Shown: in pieces, positions 40,380-53,269 of the stretch
Numbering within the stretch: the stretch's first letter is position 1
How the letters are laid out: each line of letters starts with the position of its first letter
NCBI GenBank assembly: GCA_910592345.1
Contig: CAJVPI010000032.1
Location: 1 to 64,000 of the forward strand
DNA length: 64,000 nucleotides
From: Paraglomus brasilianum
Taxonomy: Eukaryota
Direction: 5' to 3'
Translations under genes and position numbers: made by a program
The notes under the pieces: model-generated
Seen by the model: the letters and a program-made list of their open reading frames with translations, nothing else
Database searches by the model: none
What the model was told of the DNA's origin: nothing

Positions 40380-40749
40380 TAAAGATTACGGGGAATACCC
40401 TCTTTGATGTGGTTCATCCTGGTGGTGGATTGCCTCCTAGAGCCTCACGCCTCCTTTTCTCTGCCAGCAGCATTATATCGAGCCTTTTTTATGCATATTC
40501 ATTAGTATTAGTACTAAGAGACTCTGTTTATCCACTTTGGATATTAATGCCCAGAAACGCAAGCAGGAAATAGACACAGTACACTGATTCCTCTCCCTCC
40601 CCTAATACTAAATGCAAACACAAGCCTGACAGGATGGTCTCTGATATTCTGGATACAACAAATGAAGTAAGCCAATTGTAATTGGATGTAATTGCTTTTT
40701 TGATGTCAGTAATTATGATTAACAATGGCTTTAACAATTTGTACCAATT

Positions 40750-42100
40750 TTTTAGGACCCTGATGAGGATGTCCAGGTAAATTTCAGAACTTCCAAACTA
40801 ATGGTTGATAAAGTTTAGTGACTTTATATTTATCAAGATTGAAGGGAATGTGCAGCCAGAGGGGAATGCAGAGCCCATATTCAACAATATTATTAATGCC
40901 ATCACAACAGTGTCAAAAATGCCAAATGGCCACTACAGGTATATGAAATATCAATATTGTTAGTTTGATAACTTTTAGTATCTTCTCATTTAACTTTAAG
41001 GTTTGCATAATAATAAGTCCCATGTATTAGTATTATTGGATTATTGATCTCTGGTCTCCATCTCAAAGTGGTGAGGGCATTCATGCATCCTATCAAACTA
41101 CCAGATCATATTAATATTGAGAAGCTTTTGGATATCCTGGAACAGGTTTGATATTGAGTGATATTATAATTATGAAATTACATTATGGCAGTAAACCAGT
41201 TTTTAACATGATAATAATTGGCAGCTCCCAAGTAACAAGCTTGTTGAAGCTTCAAGCCATATACAGACAACTGGAACAACTGGTGTTCTTTTGTATCTTG
41301 CTCAAGTGGTTGAGTCTGGAGAGTGTGAAGTTACACAGTCAGTCACATTGGCAGAGCTAATAGGCAAAGAAGGAATGAAAAAGGACTTGGCATCAGAACA
41401 GGCAGCTGTGGTGAAGCAGCTAAATAGTATGTGCACATTTCCAAGTTTTACTTTCTTCTATTCAGCCTTGATTAATTGTCATTTTTACTCCAGTGTTTGA
41501 ATCCTTCAGACTGGCTTTCAAGACACAAACCTCACAGAACGGGATGTGGACATTCACTTCCTCAAACCTTTTTTTGACAATTTATTGACAGAAGTGCATT
41601 TGTGAGTGTAGAGTATGTTGTCAGTGCTTTATGAATCTTCATTTTGCTATTATAATTATTCAAATTAGATTGCTTTAAAATCAGTGACAAGGGAGAGTCA
41701 TAGGCCTCAAGATATCAGCAAGCAATTGATAGTGGCACAGGTGACCATTTTGACTGGCTGATCATAAGCAATTCTTTTTCATTTTTCTCCTGCACTTTAC
41801 TCAAATTGACTTTTTCTAGAGCTATTCTATCAGCCCAGATGATGTGTGTGGACTGGAACTTGGAATGGCTGAAAATTCTGGCCCACAACAACAGGAGTTG
41901 ATGGACAAGGCAAGATTTGAATTTGTTAAAGCATCCAAGGGTGGCTGTGACCAACTTGCTCAAGTGATCTGCATTATGTATGTCATCTCAATGTCTATGT
42001 TGTGTATTTTGTTGGTGGGAACATATTTGCAGTTTCAGAAGTTGGAAGGCAAAGAGAGCATTAGTTACAAGCTAGAGGATGATAATTTAAATATTCTCTC
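40750..42100 (+). pseudogene. Decayed multi-exon gene relic, repeat-family hypothetical protein
   Basis: Broken ORF pieces with intron-like gaps (VVESGECEVTQSV, FLKPFFDNLL, GLELGMAENSGP...EFVKASKG), stop codons and near-total CpG loss. Confidence 0.45.
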
Positions 42101-42149
42101 TTGACAAAAAAAGTTTAGCAATAGCAAAGGCATATGCTGAAAATATAAA

Positions 42150-44900
42150 AAATAATGATATGGCTTTTGATGATGCTAACCTAGATAATATTAGTATCTC
42201 CTCAATTCATTCTACCAAGGCATCATTTATAACGGAAATTTCTGATGCTGATAGCATTTTGTTAGCATCTGATTGCTGCACTGAAGATATGTTGGCTGCT
42301 TGCATCCTTATGGATATAGTAAATGGAGAGATTAGAACATGTGGTAAGCATCAGGAAACACCAGCAATCTTTAGCACAATTGCTAGGTACCTGGGAAATA
42401 GATAAAGCAGTGTTTCAAAAATCCTGTATGGAGGAACAGTCCTTGGCATATGTTCATCTCATTTTGCCCATGATGCTAAGAAACTTCACAATACGAGTAA
42501 GAAAGACAGGCATATTAATATAGACAAAAGTTGGGTACATGTAAACTGATGCTTTTTTGTAACAAGTATAAATCATTCTTCACAATTGTGTTGAAACATG
42601 CTATCCGTGTTACCAATAAGATGATACAAGCTCTTGCTCAGGCTTTAAAGTGTGTCCGGCGTTTTAAGATGGAAGGAATGCCCAAATCATTTTTCGATAA
42701 TGATACGTCAACTAATATTAATGATCGATGCACGCGGTTATTTGTAGTCATTGTTTTATGCAAAATGGTGGACACTTGTACGAACGTCTCGGCTCTGGGC
42801 ACACTTTTTCATGTTACGATAAGCATAGTGATGATATTTCTAATACGCTTCAGATTTTTGGGCAGTGGATAATGAACACTGCTAAGTCGAATGATATTGA
42901 GAACCAAAATAAGCTTTTGACATGACTGTCATCTTCGCTAGCGACATTTACTGAAGAAAAGGAACACGTTACCCCATTAATAAGTCCCATTTAAAGATTT
43001 TTTTAAAACTGATTTCTCTAGACGCCAATAAACTTGAGGATAATAGACTTACACCGGAAGTTGCATCAGTGGCTGGCGAGAATTTAGGTAGCGAATTATG
43101 GAAATCTAGAGAATGGATAAAACAGAACAAAAAAGGACTTGAGTTTCCCACCGGCTTTGTTAAAATTTTTTACATCACTCATTGCTGTCGTATTAAGAAA
43201 GAAAAACCACATAAATAATCTACGCCGAACAAGCAAAGGTTTAAAGGAGCTTCCATATAACGATACAAAAACAAAAAAGATTGTTATATTTCTGTTGTCC
43301 ATCTACCGGCATATGGATGACACGAGTATTAGGAAGTTTGTGTACCAAGCCAAAATTAATTTCTACGCTGTACGCGATACTCTGGACCGCTCACGTCATT
43401 CCTCACAGCTTGCATCATGAGAAAGCGTTAGAACGGCAGAGTTAGAGACACGAAACCGGAGAATAGAATCATAAAAAAAGAAACGATATGGAACGTTTGC
43501 GTTGTAGACAATATTGATTTGGTCGAAAAAACTTTTGCATATGGAAATATTTATGATGCTGCTAGACGTAGCGTTCACGCTACAATTTCAGTTCGATTTA
43601 AGAGAATCAATACAAAGTATCGTAAATGAAAACGAAAGTAATAATAACGATAACCGAAAAACGATACTGTTCGGAGAGACATACTACGCCAAAGGATTAC
43701 TGCTCACATATGCAAAAATTATCGATGAATTTTTTCGAAAAGATCCAAATACCTGGTGCCAAGAAACAGTTTTAGACGCTATTAAAAAACTGTAGTTGAT
43801 GGCTGTAACGTTCCACCACCCAACGTTGTAATTCTGAAACCGGGATAAAATCCAAACTGCAATGCAAACGCGCATAAAGCATGTAAAATGTATTTTGACA
43901 ACGTCGATACGGAGAACAGTGGTTATCTCGATATTGTGTGTGATGAAGCAATCTTTCGTCGTTTAATTCCGTTCGAAGAAGAACATTTATAATGTAGACT
44001 AATGCTCGGTTAATGGCATACGTCAAAAAGTATGTGTTTGGTTTTAATCACAATATTTTCTGGTTACGGCATTTTCAAGTTAGCCGCAAGTCTTGGAGTC
44101 AGATATATTGAAAAACTAGAGAAAGTGGTTGATTACCCGCCACTTGTCGTGTCTTAAAATTAATCTATGTTTCTGTTGCTTGTGCATTGACAACGTACGC
44201 ACAAAGTCTTGGATTGGCACTTTCAGATCTTGAACATACAAACAACATGTAATTAAAGTATGGTATTATTATTTCAAATGGAGTTCTTACTGGCTCGGAC
44301 ACAAGATTGGCATACGAAAAGGCAATTTTCGATATGTAATACGAAAATCTTACTGCATTATCTATCTTGCAAACCAACCACAACTTCGTACACTTCTAAG
44401 ATACGTTGCCTCGGTTAACTTAACTAGTACTGGAAATTACTTTGCATTCGACACGATTTGGCGTGATGTTTATCAAGCAGAATATAGGCGGTAAACCAAT
44501 GACAGCCGACGAGTTAAAGTTACAAATATCGGCAGCCCAATCAGAACGAGACCGTCTAACCATGTTATTTTCGGAATACGTCGGAGATACTGTTCACATT
44601 AGTAAAGAAAAGCGATTAAAGTCGTACCAGGATGCGTTACAAAAACTTATAGGAGACTTAACTACTGCGTTTATGTCGTCTGACTCTTCATCACATGAAT
44701 TGTTCGCAGACAGTGCCGAATTAAAATCTGAAGGATATAAAAGACTTTTTGATTGTTATGAAATTGTAATTGCGCGCATGAACGCAATTCTACGGCAAGA
44801 CGTGTATAAGATAACGGAACCTAGAATTGTGAAAGGCCGACGAGCGAAGGACGTAACAGTTCACAAGTGGGCATCATGCCGTGCTGAGTAAATTCTTCCT
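42150..44900 (+). pseudogene. Large frameshifted, probably transposon-associated gene relic (Cys/His-rich N-terminal part; CDEAIFRRL / WHTSK region)
   Basis: A chain of same-strand ORF fragments in shifting frames: ICSHCFMQNGGHLYER, CDEAIFRRLI, IFSGYGIFKLAASLGVRYIEKLEKVVDY, KQNIGGKPMTADELKLQISAAQSERDRL. Confidence 0.55.
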
Positions 44901-45729
44901 TATTATTAATTAATATTAAGTAATAAATGTTGAATATTTTATTCATTGTCAGTATTAGTATATATTGATTTGGGGCAAGTAATATCTTTAAATTCATCTC
45001 TAACAATGGATGAATATTGTTGCGGTCGGTGTATTCTTTGGGTGTGAGAGCCAATGATCTGTCGCGTAGGTGTGTTCACCGATTAGTTCACCGACAGGGG
45101 ATGTTACCAAATTTAACTCAGATCGCTACCCTGCGATTGTCTTTACGACTGAATCAAATTTATAAGTGACTATATTTAAATGTGCGCGCTTAACTAACTC
45201 CCTAGACAAAGTATAACCTATGCTCGTTTCTAAGTAAGGGGTACCTATGACAATACCGTTACAACTACAATATTGCCACATAATCGAAGGGGAATAATTT
45301 ATATTTAATTCAAAACAGGGCGGTCTTCGATTTAGTGTTTTGACTAGTCGGGTATCTCGTCACTTCTAATTAACTTTATCACTAATTAAACGATAAATGA
45401 GAGAATCGATGTCGAATATTAATATTGACTTGCGTGCACTCTTAAAAGGTGTATCTTGCTTCAACGGATATATCGCTAACCGAAGTATCTGCAAATGGTC
45501 TGTAACAGACTCCAATCCGGATTCAAGTATCAATATTCAACGCTGATAATAGAAAGATAATAAAATATGGATAGTATATGATTAAGTATCAAAAGGAATT
45601 CGTAACAAAATTTATTTCCTTGGATATGTTCAAATCCGTGGATTTAATAGATCAATATTATTCAAACAACGTAAGGAACCAAACAACATGAGGGTTTGAT
45701 GATGAGGGAAGCCCTACTTATATAAGGCT

Positions 45730-45866
45730 TGCCACCAAAAACCGTAACGAAAATTGCTAGTTTGGTTCTGTACTGCCACCGAAAAACGTAACGAAAATTA
45801 CTAAATTTAGCTATTGTTTGTATCTTGTACTGCCACCATTTTCCGTAACGAAAATTACTACATTTG
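45730..45866 (+). repeat. Three spaced copies of a ~34 bp unit, probably TE subterminal repeats
   Basis: TGCCACC-N6-CGTAACGAAAATT(G/A)CTA at about 45730, 45774 and 45831. Confidence 0.8.
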
Positions 45867-47646
45867 AACTCTAGTGTGACAATACTAAAATTAGATCGCT
45901 ATTTCGGCTGCAATATACATATATAACAATCAAAATTTACAAACTCTGTATCATAAAAGTTGTATGACTATGACAGGTTTCTCTGGCCCAGCACATCTTG
46001 CTGTGATTTCTCCTTTTTCTCATCTAGCATGTTGAGTTTCCTTTTTTTCTCTTCATCTTCTTTATGCTCATTCTTGTCACTTACAACTCCATCCTACATG
46101 TAATAAATATGAACAAATGATTACCCTATGAAACTGGTCCCAATGACAATAAACAGAAAGAGAAGCTTGCCTTCTTATAGTAATAGCTGACAGTAATTCC
46201 TGTGGAAAAATACTTGGTGGCAACAAATCTAACATGACTGAAAGGCCCATCCTTTGGATTGTCTTTCATTTGATAATAAAATGATGCAGCTTCTTTGGAT
46301 GTTGTGAAGTGAAGATGTCCAAACCTTGAAAAACATAATACTGTTGGTGTTGGTGAGGGTCATGGTAATCACACATGAATGAAAAAAGCTCTCACCCCTT
46401 AGAAGGTTTCTTGACAATACACACAACTTTACAGAATCTGTAGTTTTTATAAATCTCTCTGTGACATCAGAATAAGATCACCACTATCTAACAGGTATCA
46501 CATAATGAGATTGCCATGAGGATTCTAATTTTTAGTGTATTGTGAAGATGTGCCCACAAGATTTCAGGGATGCATGGAAATTTTACAAAGTTGAACAATC
46601 TGGCAATTTGTTGGTGACATCATGACGAGATGTTTGCAATATTTTCTGATTGTAAATGTCACATGGTTATCAGCACAATGTCATTGAGACATTTTTAAAA
46701 AATGCAAGTTTTTGTAAAGAAATGAGACTGGTGTCAAAGTCCTCAACCATTCATCCAAGTGTTGTGCCTCCACACCTTCTAAACAGCCTGCAAACATGAC
46801 AGATCTTTCAGCTTTCCCACAGCAGTTATTCGAGTACTTCAGCAGAAGTTCTAAAGTCGAAGAGAAAAAAGAAAAACAGAATGATTAGCAGCAGGGGTTA
46901 TAAATCTTCACTTCAGTGAAAGGTGTGGTGCAGTACAGCTCCTCAAGGGAAGGGTGATAAATTACCAGCAGTTTTCGGTGGCATTTTGATGCTTGAGTCA
47001 ATGAATGCAGACCAAAAAGTAAGCATAAAGAGTGAAAAACGCCATAAATACACCCTCTTGATTTTTTGGGGAAGATGGAAGACGGAAGAACAGTGCTATG
47101 CCATGTACATACAATGCTTGGGAATTGCGATTGACTTGCTCGAAAAGCACGTAACGGAGGTTTAGAGAAGACTGGGGATAAGATAGAGTTAGTAAATACG
47201 GAGATAAAAGAGGAAACGCGTCAGAAACGTATAAACAATTAAAAAAAAATTAAATTCAGCAGTCACAAATCTAGCCCCACGTGATGGTCTTTACGGAAGC
47301 AAAAAATAGCGGGTTATACTTTTGACTTGTTTACTGCCATTGTTTTATATGGTGGATATCGAATAATTAAATAAAAGGTTACGGGCAAAGCGAGAACGAA
47401 AATAAATTCTTTAAGCCTGATAATCGAGTGACGTCAAATGTTCACTTTTCACTATATATAATTCCGGGAATTATATTGTGACGCAGATTGTATACAACAT
47501 ATTAATATAAATCAGCAAATTTACCTTTGATCACATGACTATATAATCACATGATTCATATTTGGCACAACTTGTCGCGACTAAGCAGTCCGAGCCAATA
47601 TTTCACGCGGAGACAGGAATGGATTTATAATTATCAGGCTCTCGTT

Positions 47647-50600
47647 ATGCTGACGCACACGTTTAATAAAGGCTGGAAGAGGGTGTTTCCATGTAATTAT
47701 TGGTTTGCGCTTTCAAACAACGCCACATTCCGTACATACGTGAGTACGTCCATAAATGATACACCGAAAACCAAACAAGTAAATGGCGTCGTGAACGAGA
47801 TTAAGACAGCACCGTATGAGAGTGAGTTTCTAGTCGTGAATATGCAAGACGCATGTATGATATGCAAATTTTATATTATTTTGTTCTCAATCACCAAATT
47901 AATGTACAATTTTCAGGAGAATTCAACCACTTTGGCATAGAAACGCTTCCACGTTGGCTTCATGAACAATTATTCCACAACCGTCCGTCCCCATCTCAAA
48001 ATTGCCTTAGAATAGCATCTGATCATCTCTTGAAGAACAATATATTGATCAAGAATGACAATACGCCTGCTCCGATCCCTCAATTCAAGCTGCCCAAAAT
48101 TGTTGGTGCATCAATTGCCCACCACTTTTACAACATAGCAAATCAACAAGCAGAACCGATTAGCCTTGCTCGAGAATTTTCCAAGTCTAACATACCTGAA
48201 GCTCCAAATCGCGGTCAATGGCAATTTAGAGCGGGTTGGACAAAATACTATAATGATAAAAACGAACCAGTTGAATATCCAGATGAAGAAAGTCTATGTT
48301 TTGACGTCGAAACAATGGTTAGAGACAGTAATTTTCCTGTGATCGCATGCGCTGCATCTTCAACTGCATGGTATTCATGGGTCTCACCTCGGCTTATAGA
48401 ATACTTGGAATATAAAACTTCGAATGAATCACTATATCCATCGCGTGGCTGCTCACCCTCTCTTACCGAGCATTTAATTCCGCTTGGTGAAAGCGATCAA
48501 CAGAGAATAATAGTTGGACATTGTGTTGGATATGATAGAGCAAGAGTTAAAGAGATGTATTCTCTAACATCTCCCAATCTTCACTTTCTGGATACGGCTG
48601 CTCTACATATTGCAGTGACTGGATTATGTAAAACATGCCCGTCATGGCTAAAGACAGACAAGCTGTGGGAAACATATGATACCAACCAATCAAAGGAATT
48701 TCATGCGCTATACGATCTTAGCCTTGTTAGCAGTCTTCGTGAAGTATATTCATGTTATTTTTCTGACAAACTAGATAAATTACCACGTAACGTATTTGTT
48801 GAGGGGAGTTTGGATGATCTAATAGTCGAGAAGACCTTTCAGGAGCTTATGTCTTATTGTGCTAAGGACGTAACAGTGACTTATAAGGTATTTCAGAAAT
48901 TATTGCCGAAGCATCTGGTTAAATGCCCGCATCCAGCGTCGTTTGTGGGCATGATGCACATATCAGATGCATTTTTGACAACGAACAGTGATTGGAATAA
49001 ATACATAAACAATGCGGACATTATATACAAGGAACAAATGGACACTATAGAAAGAATGTTCCAGCAGTTAGCAGACGAAGCTGTGAAAGTTGATCCATCC
49101 CATGCAATGAACGATCCATGGTTGCAGCAATTAGATTGGTCGACAGCAGCGCCGTCCACGTCTTCTTCCTCTTTATCATTTGCCTCGTCACCATCGTCAA
49201 CGTTATCATCATCGTCATCTTCTTCAAAGAAATCTTCGTTTCTTCCTCGCTGGTACCGTCAGTCTATGAAAATCACTACCAGGTCAAGGATAGCACCTAT
49301 ACTCCTCCGTCTCAAATGGAAAGGATATCCCGTTTATCATACAAATACTTTCGGATGGACTTATCGAGTTCCTATTAATGATTCAAAATTCAAAGAACTA
49401 GTTCCGCCCTGCACTTGGCCAGCTTCATCGCTGTCACCATCTTACGAGCCAAAATATGGCAAGGACACGACTGGAAGATATTATCCTATTTCTTATGACG
49501 GTAGTGATAGCTTAAAATGTCCATCACCGCTTTCTCGCTATTTTCTACCTGAAATCGAATCAGGAACACTTTCATCTGACTCAACTACAGCTAAATCAAT
49601 TCTCCGAGCTTATGCTTCGTGTTCCTACTGGAAGATGAACGAAGATAGAATAAAGTCAACGGTAATAGTCTACAATACGAAAAGTAACGGAGTGAAGTCT
49701 GGAATGATACTTCCAATGGTTAAACCACTGGCGACAATCACTCGTAGACCGAGGGAGCATCTGTGGATGTCGGCCAATGAGCTACACAAAGAACGCATTG
49801 GGTCAGAATTAAAAGCTCTAATTCAACCGCCGGATGGGTACAAAATTATAGGCACTAGACTATCATCTCTGGAATTATGGATTTATGGTCTTTTGGGAGA
49901 CGCTCAGTTTGGTATACATGGAGCTTCGGCTATGAGTTGGATGTTATTACAAGGAGGCACATCGGTTACCTCGAATCTGCATACACGAGCTGCCAATATC
50001 ATGAAGGTATCTGATAGACAAGCAGAAGTTATCAATAATGCAAGAACACTTGGAAGTGATGAGAATTTTCTTACGCAGATGATTAAGAAATATAATAAAA
50101 ATATTAGTGAAGAAGAAGCTAAATCACTAGCAAAGAAATTTATTAAATGTACGACTGGTTTAAAGTGGAACGCTGCAAATGCCCAGGTGAATGTTCAGTG
50201 GTCAAGCCAACCAAAAAGCCAATCATCCACCAAATTACGATCAACACCAAAGAGTACCAGTCTGTTTGTTGGTGGAAGCGAGAGTTATACAATCAATACA
50301 CTCAATAGCATAAACAGATCCTCCAAGCCATGTACACCATTTTTAGGCTCCTGCCTTACAGAAGCATTGAATCAGGCATGCCTGAAAAAAGAGCATTTGT
50401 CGTTGCGTCTAAACTGGTTAATCCAGTCATCAACTGTTGATTATATTCATTTAATGCTGGTTGCTATGAAATACCTGATAGATACATTTGATATCAAAGC
50501 AAGATTTATGCTACTGTCACAGGATGAATTAAAGTATCTTGTTAAAGAAGAAGACAGTTATAGAGCAGCATTAGCTTTACAAGTGAGTCATTTGTGGACA

Positions 50601-51131
50601 AGGGCGTTCTTTAGCTACATGCTGGGAATTGAGGACTTACCTCTGGTATGTTTATATTGTTAGTTTGGCGTGTTATTTATATTTCAATTTAATCAAAATC
50701 TTTTGTCTATTTTGCAGAATGTAGCATTTTTATCAAGCATAAATTTTGACAATGTTCTTCGCAATGACATTGGTGCAAATTGCAACACACTCTCATATGT
50801 ACCAGTCAACACACCCAATGGAACTAGTGTCTCCATTCATGACATTCTACAACATCAAACTTCTCTTGAATTAGACAAAATGTCTGTTCACAGACAAGAA
50901 AGTAATATTTCAGCTGTCCCAGGCATAAGTGCACAAAATGAGTGCCTGTTGCATCAAAAAAAACCATTGGTGAATGACTTGGTTTTGAAGATACAGTCAC
51001 TGTCTTCTGCACGAGAGATTGAAACTTTTCTGAAGCAGCACAATAAGAAGGCTAATGAGCCTGCACAGGCTTTCATAAATATTGCACCACTCGTGACAAA
51101 GAAATTAAGCTATGATTTTTTAATTAACTAA
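47647..51131 (+). CDS. Mitochondrial DNA polymerase gamma (POLG/MIP1)-like protein with intact exonuclease and degenerate polymerase site; 3 exons (47647-47821, 47917-50645, 50718-51131)
   Basis: POLG-family motifs along the whole length: FNHFGIETLPRWLHEQLF, GWTKY, CFDVET, VGHCVGYDRARV, YCAKDV, CPHPASFVGM, RIAPILLRLKWKGYP, IGSELKA, LGDAQFGIHGASA, GGSES, NWLIQSSTVDYIH, YRAALALQVSHLWTRA. Confidence 0.92.
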
Positions 51132-53269
51132 AAGCGATAGATACATGCAATTTTAATGAGCATTAGACTAATTTTTATTGCAATTTAAAATAATAATAAA
51201 TGAAAAGCACATGGTGCAATACTTTTTGGCACAACCCCAAATTGGATTTTTTTTTTTTAAATCTTCTTTGTGCGTAATTAACAGTGAACTTCGATACAGT
51301 TATTAAATCGTTATAAGCTATAGTAAATCAACAACAAATCAAATTTGATTTACTTGTATGACTAGAGAACGGATAGTAATCAACTTGCTCTTTCAAAAAC
51401 AAGGTTGGCTACTTCTACTTGCCAAATCTAAAACTGGGATTAAATACTCACAGCTCTCGTGTGTTCAATCAGTATGCGTTAATCTTATTGGTGGTGCTGT
51501 ATTTATACAAGTTATAACGTTTCGGTCATTGATTTACCAATATTAGCTGGCATGTGTAGTCAGACGATCTAATAGCAATTGATCATACAATAAGTTTCAA
51601 CTTTTTTAGAATTGGAAGAAGGTCCTTTCATTCTTTTTTTGTCAATTCAGAAATATCAGCAGTGTTCTTTAGTAATTACCAATAAATGTCCATCGATAAA
51701 TTTATTGTTAGTGTTTTAAGAACATATATGTTTCAATATATTACTTCATGAATGAGAAGTTTCTATCGATTCATCACATATCGATCGTATGATTTACCTT
51801 TATCTTTCGTGCTAATTGATAAACTGGTAGAGGCTTACCTGTCACCTAATCGCCATATCAAAATTGGAACCAATTCTTGATGGTTCAAATATGCAATTCA
51901 AACAATGGATACAGCATACATTCACTGTGATGCATATTGGCAAAGTTACTAAGAAATGTAAAAAAAACCCCGTTGTGTTAAAGAGAATACGTATTATATA
52001 ATCTGTGCTATACATGACAATTACAACATGCCAACTTCAATACACTCCGAGAAGGTAGTTGCTGCATTTGTTCATGCATGTAGCATTTGCACAAGTCGAC
52101 GATCCCAGTGCCCATGTAAGTGTTGGGAGATTGTAAGAGAGATTGAGCAGACTTCATGAATTGGAAGACATACCAAAAAGGACTGTCTCACTGACTGAAG
52201 CGGCGAGACGTCTAACAATGAAGAGTCAAACACATGTGGTCGTCAGTCAAACTGTTCAATAAAAAGTGTTCATGTAAGAAACGTTATATTAAATTTCGTC
52301 CGTTTTCTGAAATAAAGGATGTTTTACCACTCTCACAAACGACATCTGTCCAACCGTTGTGCATAATTTATCGGATAAATATCACTCTGAGCTTATTTGA
52401 TTCGAATCAGGTCAGATCGCGATTTGGGTCAGAACATTCTGTATAAATATTAATATAATTTTTTCTCGGTAAAGTAATCAGCATTACAAATAGCACACAC
52501 CATGACTTTTATCAAAGGTTGTATTACAGGATTGTCTCATTTACGTCGTCATTCGAGTGACGACAGGATCACGTCACGTCATCATTTGTCAATCGCTGAG
52601 CGCATGAGCCCCTTTAGAGTCTCATCCCATCGGCGCGCACTAATCAAATGACGACAACTTCACGTTCAAGAACAAAAATCGATTCAAAGCGCGAGGTATC
52701 GTGAAATAAAATTTTACGAATTCCATGGCTTATACAAATATTTCTCCGAGAAATGAATAACAATGCCTTCATATTACGTCGTCATGGTCGAATGGTAACC
52801 TGGCTAAACTTTTAGCCGGGAAGCGTGCCGGAGAACAAGTCTGTCTTCGATTTACGATCTTAGGACACTGTCGTGCCGACTACTGCGGGAGAGCAGAAAG
52901 TAATTGACACTTGGGATTTAACTAGTCTCGACGGAGCGTGGCGCCTCAGCTACTTCTAATATTCTATTAAAAATTTAACTACCCGTACCACACAACGCTG
53001 GTTGTACTTCGAATTCTTTTTGTATTGTCATTCGTTTGTCATTCAAGTACGCGATTGCGTTGTCATTTTGTGGTACCACAGGGAATAATAATAAGCACAT
53101 AAAATCTAAATCAATTGGTTTTCGGATATCTCGTCGAAGTGGTAGGTTTCTCTCATATTTAACATATAATATTACTGAAGTTACCTACCTGGCCGTACGG
53201 CAAAAACACACCTAAAAAAACCATATATTGCGAAAACAATATTTTATATTTACTAAATATCTTTTTCCA

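Noticed and set aside
45730..45866. CRISPR-like repeat-spacer appearance
   Set aside because: Eukaryotic context, only three degenerate units, short irregular spacers and no cas genes.
47647..51131. Calling this gene the canonical MIP1 replicase, or a pseudogene
   Set aside because: Polymerase catalytic residues are missing, so it is not canonical. There are no stops or frameshifts over more than 3 kb and the splice sites are intact, so it is not an evident pseudogene.
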